Source: Candidatus Iainarchaeum sp. (GTDB taxonomy: Archaea > Iainarchaeota > Iainarchaeia > Iainarchaeales > GCA-2688035). Taken from it: DNA of 28,369 nt. The stretch is taken from contig JAQTPU010000001.1 of the NCBI GenBank assembly GCA_028712575.1, forward strand, positions 1 to 28,369, written 5' to 3'. The position numbers and the translations under genes were made by a program. The notes beneath the pieces are model-generated. The model ran no database searches and was not told the DNA's origin. It worked only from the letters and a program-made list of their open reading frames with translations. Of this stretch, positions 16,001 to 24,241 are shown one piece after another (within the stretch, counting starts at the first letter, position 1; each line of letters opens with the position of its first letter).

Positions 16001-16357
16001 AATTCAATGGGCTCGGAAGCGGATTCCGCGCTTTACACGCTCAAAGAGGACTCTTTTTCCGCAATGAACAGCGCCTCTGCAGCGCTTGACTCCGGGCAGT
16101 TCAATGCAGAGGCCCTTGACCTTGTCGGAAAGGCAAAAACCTATTTTGACAAGGGCCAGTTCCTGAAAACAATTGCGGTTTCAAATGCGGCGCTTGCAGT
16201 TCTCGCTGACCCAAAGCCTTTTTTTGACATTCCGGTTTTTTTATATCCTGTGCTTGCAGGAATCGCGCTGGTATTTGTTGCAAGGCACAAAAAAAAGCAA
16301 ATCCGCACTGAAAAAGAGCAGTTCAGGAAAATACTGCGAAACAGGCAGGCAGAGTGA
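13046..16357 (+). CDS. Large (1103 aa) helical cell-surface protein with lipobox-like signal and C-terminal TM anchor
   Basis: N-terminal RRFSVFLLCISIVFLSGC; long amphipathic helices; C-terminal FLYPVLAGIALVFVA followed by RHKKKQ. Confidence 0.85.
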   Translation: MQKEFFRRFSVFLLCISIVFLSGCISEEASETERFLCLDLTNRPFALVPKCASQEKCFEEADSRLFDFDSGVLPYDSRSELVSLKNSLASSWLFFNKAGENIRAINSACSSGGDFSGLAGQVNELNYSLAKAFEFSDKANYSAFSIVSAEEKNLEEEKIFLAKEEPLYNDFALINRNLNDLQSQNLESGTFAGAYLKEMHSLNALMKRTGFERDFIEETTAIDFFEKYAPDITKGKEAERVFKIPFFGDAIGSFVSFLNDFLKINSASEALSKMPAFEYLQAYGSLAGSENSAISNFSLLLRNDCLHRQALIERNAGLELQITGKINSASEKIALLSSSRLASFDANFLAELYSLLGQDSEIATQKFSIQDFSNFREKAVAELLPLSARFSETRQKDFLGTLPLGEETLSLKEIDSRLSSLLENLSFLENESLSGLEVLCRERTKKISASIEEQKIPDSLVVKASDLKARIKFRISEFNGSKETYERLFLCKRTIEEFNDFRLAVEGFEEYSLKEEIIAEECFSFLEKIFSSGQSAFDLSDFKTRFQKIKNLETRLSGIENKGSLCASLESDTLAFLKGNYRSVLLKKGFSNAREKLETLEIIDGYSEQSVPETALSNFREKIAGLKKYFSGENIIFEKALPVFQELEESVFSLEESLESGLDSVIAVFSSKTSAIEFFSEPCESQDLNLKVRITANNPFRATGRIALKIPFAYSFKKLALPENFFLSGETLAIGLDSLPLGISFFDFFGTRESEKKQETQQADANQAAKTAYQEPAAKKPETNAVQGPAVQKQASSDYAKKISGQKAGLLEKTASFWNQLVSLNETESFAENHDSLLALDSEIDRSLALGDFNKANSVLSSLEQETGSFTEKSKAFLKEKTDALSKRIASFEESVSKKIPEKVSSLLSIIESVPEETLFKLGYVAPVSKERLQKMQLQLGSLNSEKLAEQFSKFRGLVSKEKFSDAILGFSEFEKDLAKKETELNSMGSEADSALYTLKEDSFSAMNSASAALDSGQFNAEALDLVGKAKTYFDKGQFLKTIAVSNAALAVLADPKPFFDIPVFLYPVLAGIALVFVARHKKKQIRTEKEQFRKILRNRQAE

Positions 16358-16651
16358 TTATTTTGCCTTTCTCCTGTCCTTGAAAACTGTCACGGGTATG
16401 AACCGTTCTGCAGGGCCTTTTTTCGGCACTCTTTCAAAACTTTCGCGGGAATTTGCGGGTTTTGGCGCATCAAGGCTTCTGAAGTCATTGGTATGCATTG
16501 TTATGTTTCCTTCAGAATCACGGATGCCAAGCTGCCGCCTTCTCTTGTCAAGTAGGCCTTCTCCGAATCTGGCAGCCCCAGTTCCCGGCCTGCATGCTTT
16601 TGCCTTTATCCTTCTTGCCCTTCTCATTGAAAAAAGGCTTTTTCTAGGCAT
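16358..16651 (-). CDS. Hypothetical highly basic protein
   Basis: 97-aa ATG ORF starting 4 nt after the upstream gene's stop and abutting the 1103-aa gene's stop. Confidence 0.5.
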   Translation of the reverse strand: MPRKSLFSMRRARRIKAKACRPGTGAARFGEGLLDKRRRQLGIRDSEGNITMHTNDFRSLDAPKPANSRESFERVPKKGPAERFIPVTVFKDRRKAK

Positions 16652-16655
16652 GAAG

Positions 16656-17900
16656 TCACTTGCTCTTCATTATGTATACATATACTGCTATGCCGATTAT
16701 TACCAGGATTATTGCGGCTATTATTTCAATGCCTATGCCGGGCTGTTCAAAAACCAGCTTTGAATTTTCGCATTTTACTTCTGTAAAATTCAAATCAGAA
16801 TAAACAAGCCTGCAGCCAATATCAAATGTCCCGCCCTGGCTTGCTGTTGCTTCAAAATTCAGCTTTACTGTTTCTCCGGGCGCAATTGATTCAATTGTCC
16901 TTGTTTTCTGGCCCAGAATATTTATTTCCGGAGGAGTTTCAATTGAAACCTCGAGATTGTATAATTTGTCTTTTCCCCTGCTCGTAACATTGAGTGTAAG
17001 GGGGACTGCCTGGCCAAGCTGGTTTATTTCTTTTTCTTTTCCAATAAAGGCATCCACCTTTTTTTCAGGTTCCCTCACTTTTATTGTAGCCTGGCTTGAA
17101 AAAATAACTTCCTGTTCGCCGAACTCGTTGCTGTAATAAACGGCTGCCGGCGGCAATGTAATCGGGCCGAGAACCCTCGGCTTTATTATGTATTCGATTT
17201 TTATGTCTCCATTGGGTTCTATTGTGCCCTGGGCATAGGCCTTTCCTTCAATGAAAACAAATGCCTTTTTTTCCTCTGCAATAGGCCTTGCATACTTAAG
17301 CTCGATGTCTGCGGGGCCCGAACCCGCGTTATGTAATGTCACTGTTATTTTGTCAGTGTCGCCGATTACTACTTCTTCTTTTTCCGCTGTTGTTGTGAAA
17401 TAGTCCGCTGTTTTAAAGGGATAATTTTTTCCGAACTGCGCTGTTTTGTAAAGCCCTATTTTTGATGCATTTGAAAGGCTTATTTTTGTTGTAGTGCTTG
17501 AACTATGCAGGCAGATATTAAGCCTGTTTGACCCTGCCCCAAGGTATTGCTTTCCAAGCCATATCCTGCTCCAGCAGTTCTGGCTCTCGCACTTAAAGCC
17601 AGTTGCCCCTGTTTCTGAAATCGGGATTCCGTTCAGGTTGACATCTATTTTTGCGGCTTCTGAAGCAACAGGGCTGAAGCCAGCATCCAATGATAAAATC
17701 GGGTAATTTTCCTTTGCAAAAACGTTCTGGTCCTGCGGAAAGGAAAAATCGACAAAAGTGCATGCAGTGCTGTTCGGGCTGTCAACTGAAAAATTTTCTG
17801 CGCCGAATTCACCGAATGTTTTTTCAAAAACAGTTTCTGCACACGCAGTGCCCGCAATTGCAATAATTAGAAAACTCGCCAAGAGCATTTTTTTATACAT
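16656..17900 (-). CDS. Secreted, C-terminally anchored Ig-like (BatD/DUF11/COG1361 S-layer-like) protein
   Basis: Signal peptide MYKKMLLASFLIIAIAGTACA; repeated ITVTLHNAG..A.DI / LTLNVTSRG...LYNL..IESIAPGETV motifs; C-terminal TM plus K. Confidence 0.8.
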   Translation of the reverse strand: MYKKMLLASFLIIAIAGTACAETVFEKTFGEFGAENFSVDSPNSTACTFVDFSFPQDQNVFAKENYPILSLDAGFSPVASEAAKIDVNLNGIPISETGATGFKCESQNCWSRIWLGKQYLGAGSNRLNICLHSSSTTTKISLSNASKIGLYKTAQFGKNYPFKTADYFTTTAEKEEVVIGDTDKITVTLHNAGSGPADIELKYARPIAEEKKAFVFIEGKAYAQGTIEPNGDIKIEYIIKPRVLGPITLPPAAVYYSNEFGEQEVIFSSQATIKVREPEKKVDAFIGKEKEINQLGQAVPLTLNVTSRGKDKLYNLEVSIETPPEINILGQKTRTIESIAPGETVKLNFEATASQGGTFDIGCRLVYSDLNFTEVKCENSKLVFEQPGIGIEIIAAIILVIIGIAVYVYIMKSK

Positions 17901-17945
17901 TTACACCCCTCTTATTCACTTTATTAATAAGGCAAATTATTTTAA

Positions 17946-18077
17946 GCCTTTTCTTGAAAAGAACATTGCAAACTTTGGGTTTGCGACATTGAAAAGCATT
18001 GCTTTCGATGCAACGCAAACTTTGTTTGCATTGTGCCTCACAAAGCTTTGCTTTGTAAGGAAGCCTTGGGAAAAGAA
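17946..18077 (+). repeat. 132-bp modular palindromic intergenic element, long copy 2 (further hairpins extend to about 18155)
   Basis: Identical to 3146-3277 at an offset of exactly 14,800; followed by GCTTTTTGC-TAAA-GCAAAAAGC and GCTAACGCGAA..GCTTCGCT. Confidence 0.92.
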
Positions 18078-18153
18078 GCTTTTTGCTAAAGCAAAAAGCA
18101 TAGTCCTAAAAAGAAAAGTCTTTGGAAAAAAATTTGCTAACGCGAATGCTTCG

Positions 18154-18657
18154 CTAAGCCCTTTCCTGGGCTTTTTTCTTTTCATTTATAATTTTCAGTA
18201 TTTTTCCAAGCGCCTTCCCTGCTGCCTTTTCGTTTTTAACCTCGAAAATTTTTTTTCCCTGATGCTTCTTGAGCAGGTGTTTTTTGCAGTAATCAATTCC
18301 CTCGCACAAAACATTGTCCTGAATCTTGAATTCGGGGTACCTGCGCGAACGCAGCCTTTCCTCAAGCAAATCAGGAGAAGTCCGCAGCAAAATCACAATA
18401 TCAGAATTCAGCCTTGCTTCGCATAACAGATGCCCTTCAAGAATAATGTTTTTCTCCCTTGCAAGAAGCTTGTTCATTTCCTTCTGCATCCTGCCCAAAG
18501 GCACAATTAATTCCTGCAATCTCCTGTCAAACCTTCCTATTTTCCGCTTCCTGCAGAAATCCCTTTCATTGACAACTTTGCAGCCGAGCTTTTTTCCAAG
18601 CAGCAGAGCAAGAGTGCTCTTTCCTGTTCCAGGAGTGCCTGTAATAATTATCCTCAT
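18154..18657 (-). CDS. Adenylate kinase isoenzyme 6 / CINAP-Fap7-like archaeal kinase
   Basis: IIITGTPGTGKST P-loop, ILEGH motif, LEERLRSRRYPEFKIQDNV lid. Confidence 0.88.
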   Translation of the reverse strand: MRIIITGTPGTGKSTLALLLGKKLGCKVVNERDFCRKRKIGRFDRRLQELIVPLGRMQKEMNKLLAREKNIILEGHLLCEARLNSDIVILLRTSPDLLEERLRSRRYPEFKIQDNVLCEGIDYCKKHLLKKHQGKKIFEVKNEKAAGKALGKILKIINEKKKAQERA

Positions 18658-19439
18658 TTTTGTTCCTCTCGTTTAATGACTACAATTATATCGTCAGGCT
18701 CAAGATCAAGGGCGCCGTATGGAAATGCCTCTGTTGCTAGAAACACTCTTGTTGAACAGCCGTTCAGGCGGATTTTTTTTAAATTGCTTTCAAGCTTATT
18801 CGGATCTTTGATTAATTCCTGTGCGTTATAGCTTTTTTGATTTATGTGCAGTACTGCAAGCCCGCCAGGGTTTAATGCACTGCCTATTTTTCTCAGCATA
18901 AATCCTGTCTGTCCTATATATCCAAGGCTCCAGACTGAAAAAATTATGTCTGATTTTGGAAAAGGCCTTGACAAAGCGTTTCCAATTCTTATTGCTTTTT
19001 TTGCCAAAGCATCTTCTTGCGGATGCAGAATGTCGATTCCCTGCGCGGAAACTTTTCCGCCGAGCTTTCGCCAGTTTCTTCGCAAAAGCAATGGCAGCAA
19101 AGCGTTTCCTAAACCTGAGCCGATTTCAAAAAAACTGCACTTTCCTCTTGCACGTATTTTCTCGCGTATTAAATCATTTAATGTTTTTCCCTGTATCAAG
19201 AAAAATAATTTATTGGCATAGCCAATATTCCTCTTCCTTGCCATCGCCATTGCCTTGTCTTCGACAATTTGCTTTGCAAGCGCTTTCCTTCTCCGCACTC
19301 TGTATTTTTGGCTTTCGCCTTTCGGCTTGCGCAGGCTTCTTGGAGTTCTTTTTCGCAGTGCGTTCATATTCAAATAGTATTCGCAAAACTTGTTTAATAT
19401 TCTGTCGAATAGGGTTGGGTAAAAGGGGTGAAGGGGCAT
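18654..19439 (-). CDS. Class I SAM-dependent methyltransferase with Arg/Lys-rich N-terminus
   Basis: FFEIGSGLG motif I, QGIDIL motif II, DIIFSVWSLGY, LNPGGLAVL; ATGA overlap with the kinase gene. Confidence 0.75.
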   Translation of the reverse strand: MPLHPFYPTLFDRILNKFCEYYLNMNALRKRTPRSLRKPKGESQKYRVRRRKALAKQIVEDKAMAMARKRNIGYANKLFFLIQGKTLNDLIREKIRARGKCSFFEIGSGLGNALLPLLLRRNWRKLGGKVSAQGIDILHPQEDALAKKAIRIGNALSRPFPKSDIIFSVWSLGYIGQTGFMLRKIGSALNPGGLAVLHINQKSYNAQELIKDPNKLESNLKKIRLNGCSTRVFLATEAFPYGALDLEPDDIIVVIKREEQK

Positions 19440-19570
19440 TACTTGCCGAACTTCTTGCTAAAAGCAGGTGCGTTGTCGGAAAGTACTGTGCCCCCTTTGC
19501 TCAAAGTCTTGCCTAGCTCAGATGCCTTCTCCAAAGAAAATTTGGAGCAGTTATCAAAAACCGTAGGCAT
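19439..19570 (-). CDS. 43-aa small ORF coupled to the methyltransferase; not in the ORF track
   Basis: Hand translation MPTVFDNCSKFSLEKASELGKTLSKGGTVLSDNAPAFSKKFGK*; its TAA overlaps the next ATG (TAATG); TTTAAA TATA-like box about 35 nt upstream. Confidence 0.55.
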   Translation of the reverse strand: MPTVFDNCSKFSLEKASELGKTLSKGGTVLSDNAPAFSKKFGK

Positions 19571-19828
19571 ATCTGATCTCAGGCAATACTAGGATTTAAC
19601 TCCTTTAAATACTTTTCGGTGAAAATAAGCCAAATTCTAACTCCGTTTAGTTATAAGGGAAAAAAGAAACCTTTTTTTCAAAAACAAGCCTTAAATTAGC
19701 CTTTTTTCTTATGTATATTTGGGTTTTTTTTTGAGAAAAAATTTTTGAAAAAAAATCAAAAAAAACGCGTTATGTAGTGGATTGTTTTTGGAAAAGAATT
19801 TATTAGAAAAAGAAAAAGATTTTGGTTT

Positions 19829-21724
19829 TTATTTTAATCGTACTGCGTCAAGGTTGCGTAGTGCGCTTGCATTGATTCTGAATTTGTTTACTATGTATTT
19901 TGAGAATTCGCTTGCAGTGTTTTTTTCTCCGTGGTTTACAAGTATCCTTTTCGGTTTCGGCTTTAAGCTCCTTATGTATCCTACTAACTGGTTCCTGTCT
20001 GAATGCCCTGAAAACCCTTCTATTGTTTCGATTTTCATGTTTATGTTAAGGGCCCTTGTTTTTCCATTGTCTGTAATGGGAATTGCTTTTACCCCGCCCT
20101 GGATTTTTCTTCCAAGGCTGCCTTCTCCCTGGTATCCTACAAAGATTAATGTGTTGTTCGGGTTTTCAGCCATTCTGTAAAAATAATCAAGGCTTGGGCC
20201 GCCAGTTAACATTCCGCTTGAGGCAATTATTATTGCGCCTTTTTCAGCCAATATTTCTGCGCGGTTCCTGCCTTCGACTGCCCCGAATATTTCCGAAGTG
20301 AAAGGGCTGTCGTTCTGCAATACTCTTCTCTGCACTGCTTCCCTCAAATATTCGGGATAGGCAGTGTGGATTGCGCTTGCCTCTTTTGTCATGCCATCAA
20401 CATAACATTTTGTATCAAGCAGTCCTTTCCTGTAAAAATTTTCAAGCACCAACATAATTTCCTGTGCCCTTCCGACTGAAAAAACAGGTATCAAAACATT
20501 TCCGTCTTTCTGCACTGTTTCCTTTATTGCCTTCAGTAGAGCATCTTCGGAATCCTGCCTTTCCGGCTGAATGTCTTCCCTTCCGCCGTAAGTGCTTTCA
20601 AGTATCAGTGTTTCAAGCCTCGGGTATTTAATGTCAACGTTATTGAAGAGCCTTGTAAAACCGTTTTTTATGTCCCCGCTGTAAACAAGATTGTGCCCGC
20701 CTTCCCCGATATGCATGTGCACAGAGGCGCTTCCAAGGATATGCGCTGCGTTATGTAAAGTAAGCCTCATGTCTGGCGCAATGTCTGTCACTTCCCTGTA
20801 TTCGCGGGTTATGCAGTATTTTACCATTTCTTTTACGTCTTTTTCGGAATATGGCGGTTCTTTCCTTTCTTTTGCAAGAACGTCAATGTAATCAAACTGC
20901 AGCAATACCATCAGGTCTCTTGTCGGCGGAGTGCAGTATACCGGCCCCCTATATCCCAATCTGAACAGGTAGGGGATAAATCCCGAGTGGTCCATGTGCG
21001 CATGGCTTAATACAACCGCATCCAGCTGGTCCATTGGAAAGTGCAGTATGCTCAAATAAGGGTATGCTTCTTCCGGTGAATCGTTTGCAACATTTATTCC
21101 GCAGTCAAGCATTACTTTTGTGTGCGGGGTCTCCAACAGCATGCAGCTTCTTCCGACCTGCCTGAATCCGCCCAATGCAATTAATCTTACCCAGTCGCTC
21201 GGGCTTGAATTTATTTTCTGGTAAATTTTTTCCGCTGTTTCCTTCAGGATTTTTTTCCTGTCATCAGAGTATTTGTGCAAATGGTGCCTTATTCCCCTGA
21301 GTGTTTCCGATTCCTGTGTGGGCGCCCTTATTATGTTCGGAACCCAGCCTGTTTCGGTTATTATTTTTTTGCTTGTTTCCCCGCCTTTTCCTATGACAAG
21401 GCCGGGTTTTATCGATTCAATGACAACTTCTGAAAAAGCGCTGTTGAAAGAGATGTCCTTTATCTGCGCATCTTCAGGGACAATCGCCATTATTTTGTTT
21501 TTTGCCTCTTCGGGCGCCATTAACTGGCTTTTGTCATTCCGGATGTTTACCCTTTTCTTGAGTTCAAAAGCGATTTTGGGGACAAGGTTTTCGTCCTGCA
21601 AAAAAGCGGAATAATTTTTTGTATAAATCGCTATTTCGGGGCCTTCCATTTCTATTTTTGAAATCTGGCATTTTTCAGGCAGGGTATTATGGACTATTTC
21701 TTTTATCTGTTCAAGTATTTCCAT
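19829..21724 (-). CDS. aCPSF1: KH-domain metallo-beta-lactamase/beta-CASP ribonuclease (archaeal transcription termination factor, FttA)
   Basis: Two N-terminal KH domains (EGPEIAIY, KPGLVIGKGG), LGGFRQVGRSC, SHAHMDHSG, AAHILGS, ESTYG, FSGHSD, HGE. Confidence 0.96.
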   Translation of the reverse strand: MEILEQIKEIVHNTLPEKCQISKIEMEGPEIAIYTKNYSAFLQDENLVPKIAFELKKRVNIRNDKSQLMAPEEAKNKIMAIVPEDAQIKDISFNSAFSEVVIESIKPGLVIGKGGETSKKIITETGWVPNIIRAPTQESETLRGIRHHLHKYSDDRKKILKETAEKIYQKINSSPSDWVRLIALGGFRQVGRSCMLLETPHTKVMLDCGINVANDSPEEAYPYLSILHFPMDQLDAVVLSHAHMDHSGFIPYLFRLGYRGPVYCTPPTRDLMVLLQFDYIDVLAKERKEPPYSEKDVKEMVKYCITREYREVTDIAPDMRLTLHNAAHILGSASVHMHIGEGGHNLVYSGDIKNGFTRLFNNVDIKYPRLETLILESTYGGREDIQPERQDSEDALLKAIKETVQKDGNVLIPVFSVGRAQEIMLVLENFYRKGLLDTKCYVDGMTKEASAIHTAYPEYLREAVQRRVLQNDSPFTSEIFGAVEGRNRAEILAEKGAIIIASSGMLTGGPSLDYFYRMAENPNNTLIFVGYQGEGSLGRKIQGGVKAIPITDNGKTRALNINMKIETIEGFSGHSDRNQLVGYIRSLKPKPKRILVNHGEKNTASEFSKYIVNKFRINASALRNLDAVRLK

Positions 21725-21837
21725 TCGAATCTGTCCCTTGTTTTTAATTGTCAGGTTGGCAATCAAGCCCTCAATTGCCTTTTTTTATAAAGGCTTAAAA
21801 TTATGCAAAATTTGTAGTTGACCGATAAACCAGTATT

Positions 21838-22467
21838 TTATTTTTCAATTATTTTTTTTACTTCTTTTTCCGTTAATTCCCTGATTCCTTTCCTTGTTGC
21901 GACCATTACTGTGATGCTTTTTCCGCCGCTGTAAATGTCCCTTTTCTTTGCGGCAGTAACCGCCCTTACGGCAAGCTCGACAAGCTCCTGCTCTTCCATT
22001 GTTTCCCTGTAATTCTGGTCAAGAACTGTCATTGCAAATTCAGTCCCCGAACCGCTCACTGCGAACTTGTCCCTTTTCAGTATTCCCCCGTCGGGAGTCA
22101 GCTCGTACAATTCCGACTGCTTGTTTATTCCGCCTATAAGAAACTGCACTCCAAAGGGATAATACCTGTTCGCATTCAGGATGTTTGAAAGAAAATTCAC
22201 AAGCGCATTTGGAGTCATTTTTGTTTCCCGTTCTATTTCATAAAGCCTTGCCTGGCTTTTCGCAAACCTCACAAGGGTAAGCAAATCCCCGACTATTCCT
22301 GCCGTTGTCAGGATTATATTGTCGGTAATCTTGTAGACTTTCGGGCTTTCCTCGTCATATGCAATATGGCCGAAGCTTGCCCTCATGTCCGCTGCCATTA
22401 CTACAACGTCTTTTCCCACTAAACCAACAGTAGTGGTTCCTGTTTTCAGCTTATTTTGGGTTTCCAT
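21838..22467 (-). CDS. psmB: Proteasome beta subunit
   Basis: Short propeptide ending KTG/TTTVG, AGIVGD, SGSG, RDIYSGG; conserved synteny with aCPSF1. Confidence 0.96.
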   Translation of the reverse strand: METQNKLKTGTTTVGLVGKDVVVMAADMRASFGHIAYDEESPKVYKITDNIILTTAGIVGDLLTLVRFAKSQARLYEIERETKMTPNALVNFLSNILNANRYYPFGVQFLIGGINKQSELYELTPDGGILKRDKFAVSGSGTEFAMTVLDQNYRETMEEQELVELAVRAVTAAKKRDIYSGGKSITVMVATRKGIRELTEKEVKKIIEK

Positions 22468-22581
22468 TATTTCACCAGTTGAAAACTAAAATTAGTTTCT
22501 GAGCCTATAATCATATTGCCCAAGCAAATATTTAAAAAGCTAAGGCATGCGCTAAAATCATTCCTTTCTCTTGTTTTTCAA

Positions 22582-22851
22582 TTATTTTTTGTAAATATTG
22601 TCGTGATTGTCGTAGTCCCAGAGCTCAACTGTTCTTTCGTTTTCATGGATTTCATAAACAAGAACAAAAGACTTGTAAATGTGCACGCGCCTTTTGTTTT
22701 TCAGAGTGGCGCCCAAAGGCTTGAATCCATACGGGTCTTCAAGAATCTGTTTTATTCTCTTTTCTATTGCATCAAGCTGTTCTGGGCCTTTTTTGCCTAT
22801 TTTTCCAAATATTTTTTCTAGTGACGGCTTGACTTTCAATCCATAAACCAC
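22582..22851 (-). CDS. relE: RelE/StbE/YafQ-like type II toxin
   Basis: ILEDPYGFKPLGATLKNKRRVHIYKSFVLVYEI...DYDNHDNIY; lies downstream of a small antitoxin. Confidence 0.85.
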   Translation of the reverse strand: MVYGLKVKPSLEKIFGKIGKKGPEQLDAIEKRIKQILEDPYGFKPLGATLKNKRRVHIYKSFVLVYEIHENERTVELWDYDNHDNIYKK

Positions 22852-22856
22852 TAGAA

Positions 22857-23099
22857 TCAGCCCTTTTTGAGCTTTGCAAAGTAAGCATCAATATTTTTTA
22901 TCGGGATTGATTTTTCTTTTTCAAGCCTTTTCAGCTTTTCAATGTATTCAGGCCTCAGCGCGGGTTCCAGAATTTCAGCGCCGTATTCCTTTGCCATCTG
23001 GTTTATTGCAGAACTTTTATCCTTCAGCTGGTACTTCGCTTTTACAATATTAATCACGTGGTCTGCTTGCTCATCAAGCTTTACAATCGCAGTAGGCAT
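22857..23099 (-). CDS. DUF2683-family antitoxin
   Basis: AIVKLDEQADHVINIVKAKYQLKDKSSAIN...EPALRPEYIEKL signature; 5 nt upstream of relE. Confidence 0.8.
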   Translation of the reverse strand: MPTAIVKLDEQADHVINIVKAKYQLKDKSSAINQMAKEYGAEILEPALRPEYIEKLKRLEKEKSIPIKNIDAYFAKLKKG

Positions 23100-23243
23100 A
23101 TTATTACCATATTAATATTGTATTAATACTGAATTAAAAAGCTTTCATTAAGCCGTAATGGTGGTTTTTTACAAACAAGTTCTCTCTTTTCCACATTGGC
23201 AAGAAGGCGTAATCCTGCGTATTTTTTCTTAAAGTATTTTTTT

Positions 23244-23600
23244 TCAGATGCCGTAAAGTTCTTTTATTTTTTGTTTTACTTCTTTTAGTTTTTGGCCTGA
23301 AATTTTTCCAATGTTGTGTTCTATTAGCTGTTTGTATGTTGTTACAGGATTGTCGACCATTATCTGGCTTTCTGTTTTGAGTTCCCCCCTTTCAAGGTCT
23401 TTTTGTGCTAATGCTACATCGAATTGTGTTTTTTTTGCCTGTGAGGTTATTTTGAGGAGAATTAAGTCGTCTGATTTTTTGTTGAATTCTGAGTTGCTGA
23501 TTACAAGCGCTGGCCTTCTTTTTGCTCCAATCTGTTCTGCAAATAGCAGTGTAGCTATTACAAGGCCCCCTTGTTCAAAACTTAAAGAGCTTTTCTGCAT
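23244..23600 (-). CDS. mazF: MazF/PemK-family endoribonuclease toxin
   Basis: FEQGGLV...AKRRPALVISNSEFN, LKITSQ; start placed at ATG 23600, overlapping the antitoxin 3' end. Confidence 0.88.
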   Translation of the reverse strand: MQKSSLSFEQGGLVIATLLFAEQIGAKRRPALVISNSEFNKKSDDLILLKITSQAKKTQFDVALAQKDLERGELKTESQIMVDNPVTTYKQLIEHNIGKISGQKLKEVKQKIKELYGI

Positions 23601-23778
23601 CTTCTCCCTCTTCTGCCCATCTCTTGTAAGCATATAATCTCCAAGGGTCTTTTTCTGATTCAAGAATCTGCACTTTTTTTTCTATTGCCTGCCTTGCAAC
23701 TTCAGTCCACTTTACTTCGGGGTGTTGCTTCATTTTTGAATGCAGTTCATCAGGAATCGCCATAGTCATATTAACCAC
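23575..23778 (-). CDS. Ribbon-helix-helix (CopG-like) antitoxin
   Basis: MVNMTMAIPDELHSKMKQHPEVKWTEVARQAIEKK RHH pattern; upstream of mazF. Confidence 0.8.
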   Translation of the reverse strand: MVNMTMAIPDELHSKMKQHPEVKWTEVARQAIEKKVQILESEKDPWRLYAYKRWAEEGEDAEKLFKF

Positions 23779-23885
23779 TCAATCACCTTAAATAAGTAAG
23801 ATAAGTAAACTTTATTTAAGGCTTTCTTTTGTTTTTAAAATCGGCAATTTTGCTTTAAAATTTAATTAGGGCGGATTTCCGCTAA

Positions 23886-24203
23886 TCAGCCTTTATTTTT
23901 TCTTTTAATAATCCGTCTCGCTTTTTCCACGTTTTTTATCATTGCCCTGTCGTGCCTAACTTGTGCAGAGTTTGCAGTTTGCCAAGATCTTTGTGCTTGG
24001 TCGCGAAATTCTTTTTCAAAAGAATTTGTGTCCCTATGGGCATTGGGAACAATTAGGTTGAACGTGCCGGAGCGCCCCATTGCAAAAGCAGGCAGATATG
24101 CAGAATCTCTTTCGTTGTTTCGCAGTTTTTGAAAACTTCGTGCCTTTTCAATTGATTTGGCTGCGCTTGTCGGAATAACACGAATTTTTTTTGATGGTTT
24201 CAT
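23886..24203 (-). CDS. Hypothetical basic protein
   Basis: 105-aa ATG ORF co-oriented between the FKBP gene and the TA cluster. Confidence 0.55.
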   Translation of the reverse strand: MKPSKKIRVIPTSAAKSIEKARSFQKLRNNERDSAYLPAFAMGRSGTFNLIVPNAHRDTNSFEKEFRDQAQRSWQTANSAQVRHDRAMIKNVEKARRIIKRKNKG

Positions 24204-24241
24204 GAAACTATATTGACGCGTCTTTCTTAAATGATTTTCTG

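Noticed and set aside
17758-18426. ORFs 17758..18426 (+) and 17937..18185 (-) spanning the repeat
   Set aside because: They read through the palindromic element and overlap real genes; the first copy of the element is not in a comparable ORF.
19600-19828. AT-rich region with TAACTCC twice as an origin or regulatory array
   Set aside because: Two 7-mers in AT-rich DNA are not significant; the region is explained by the aCPSF1 T-rich terminator and the sORF promoter.
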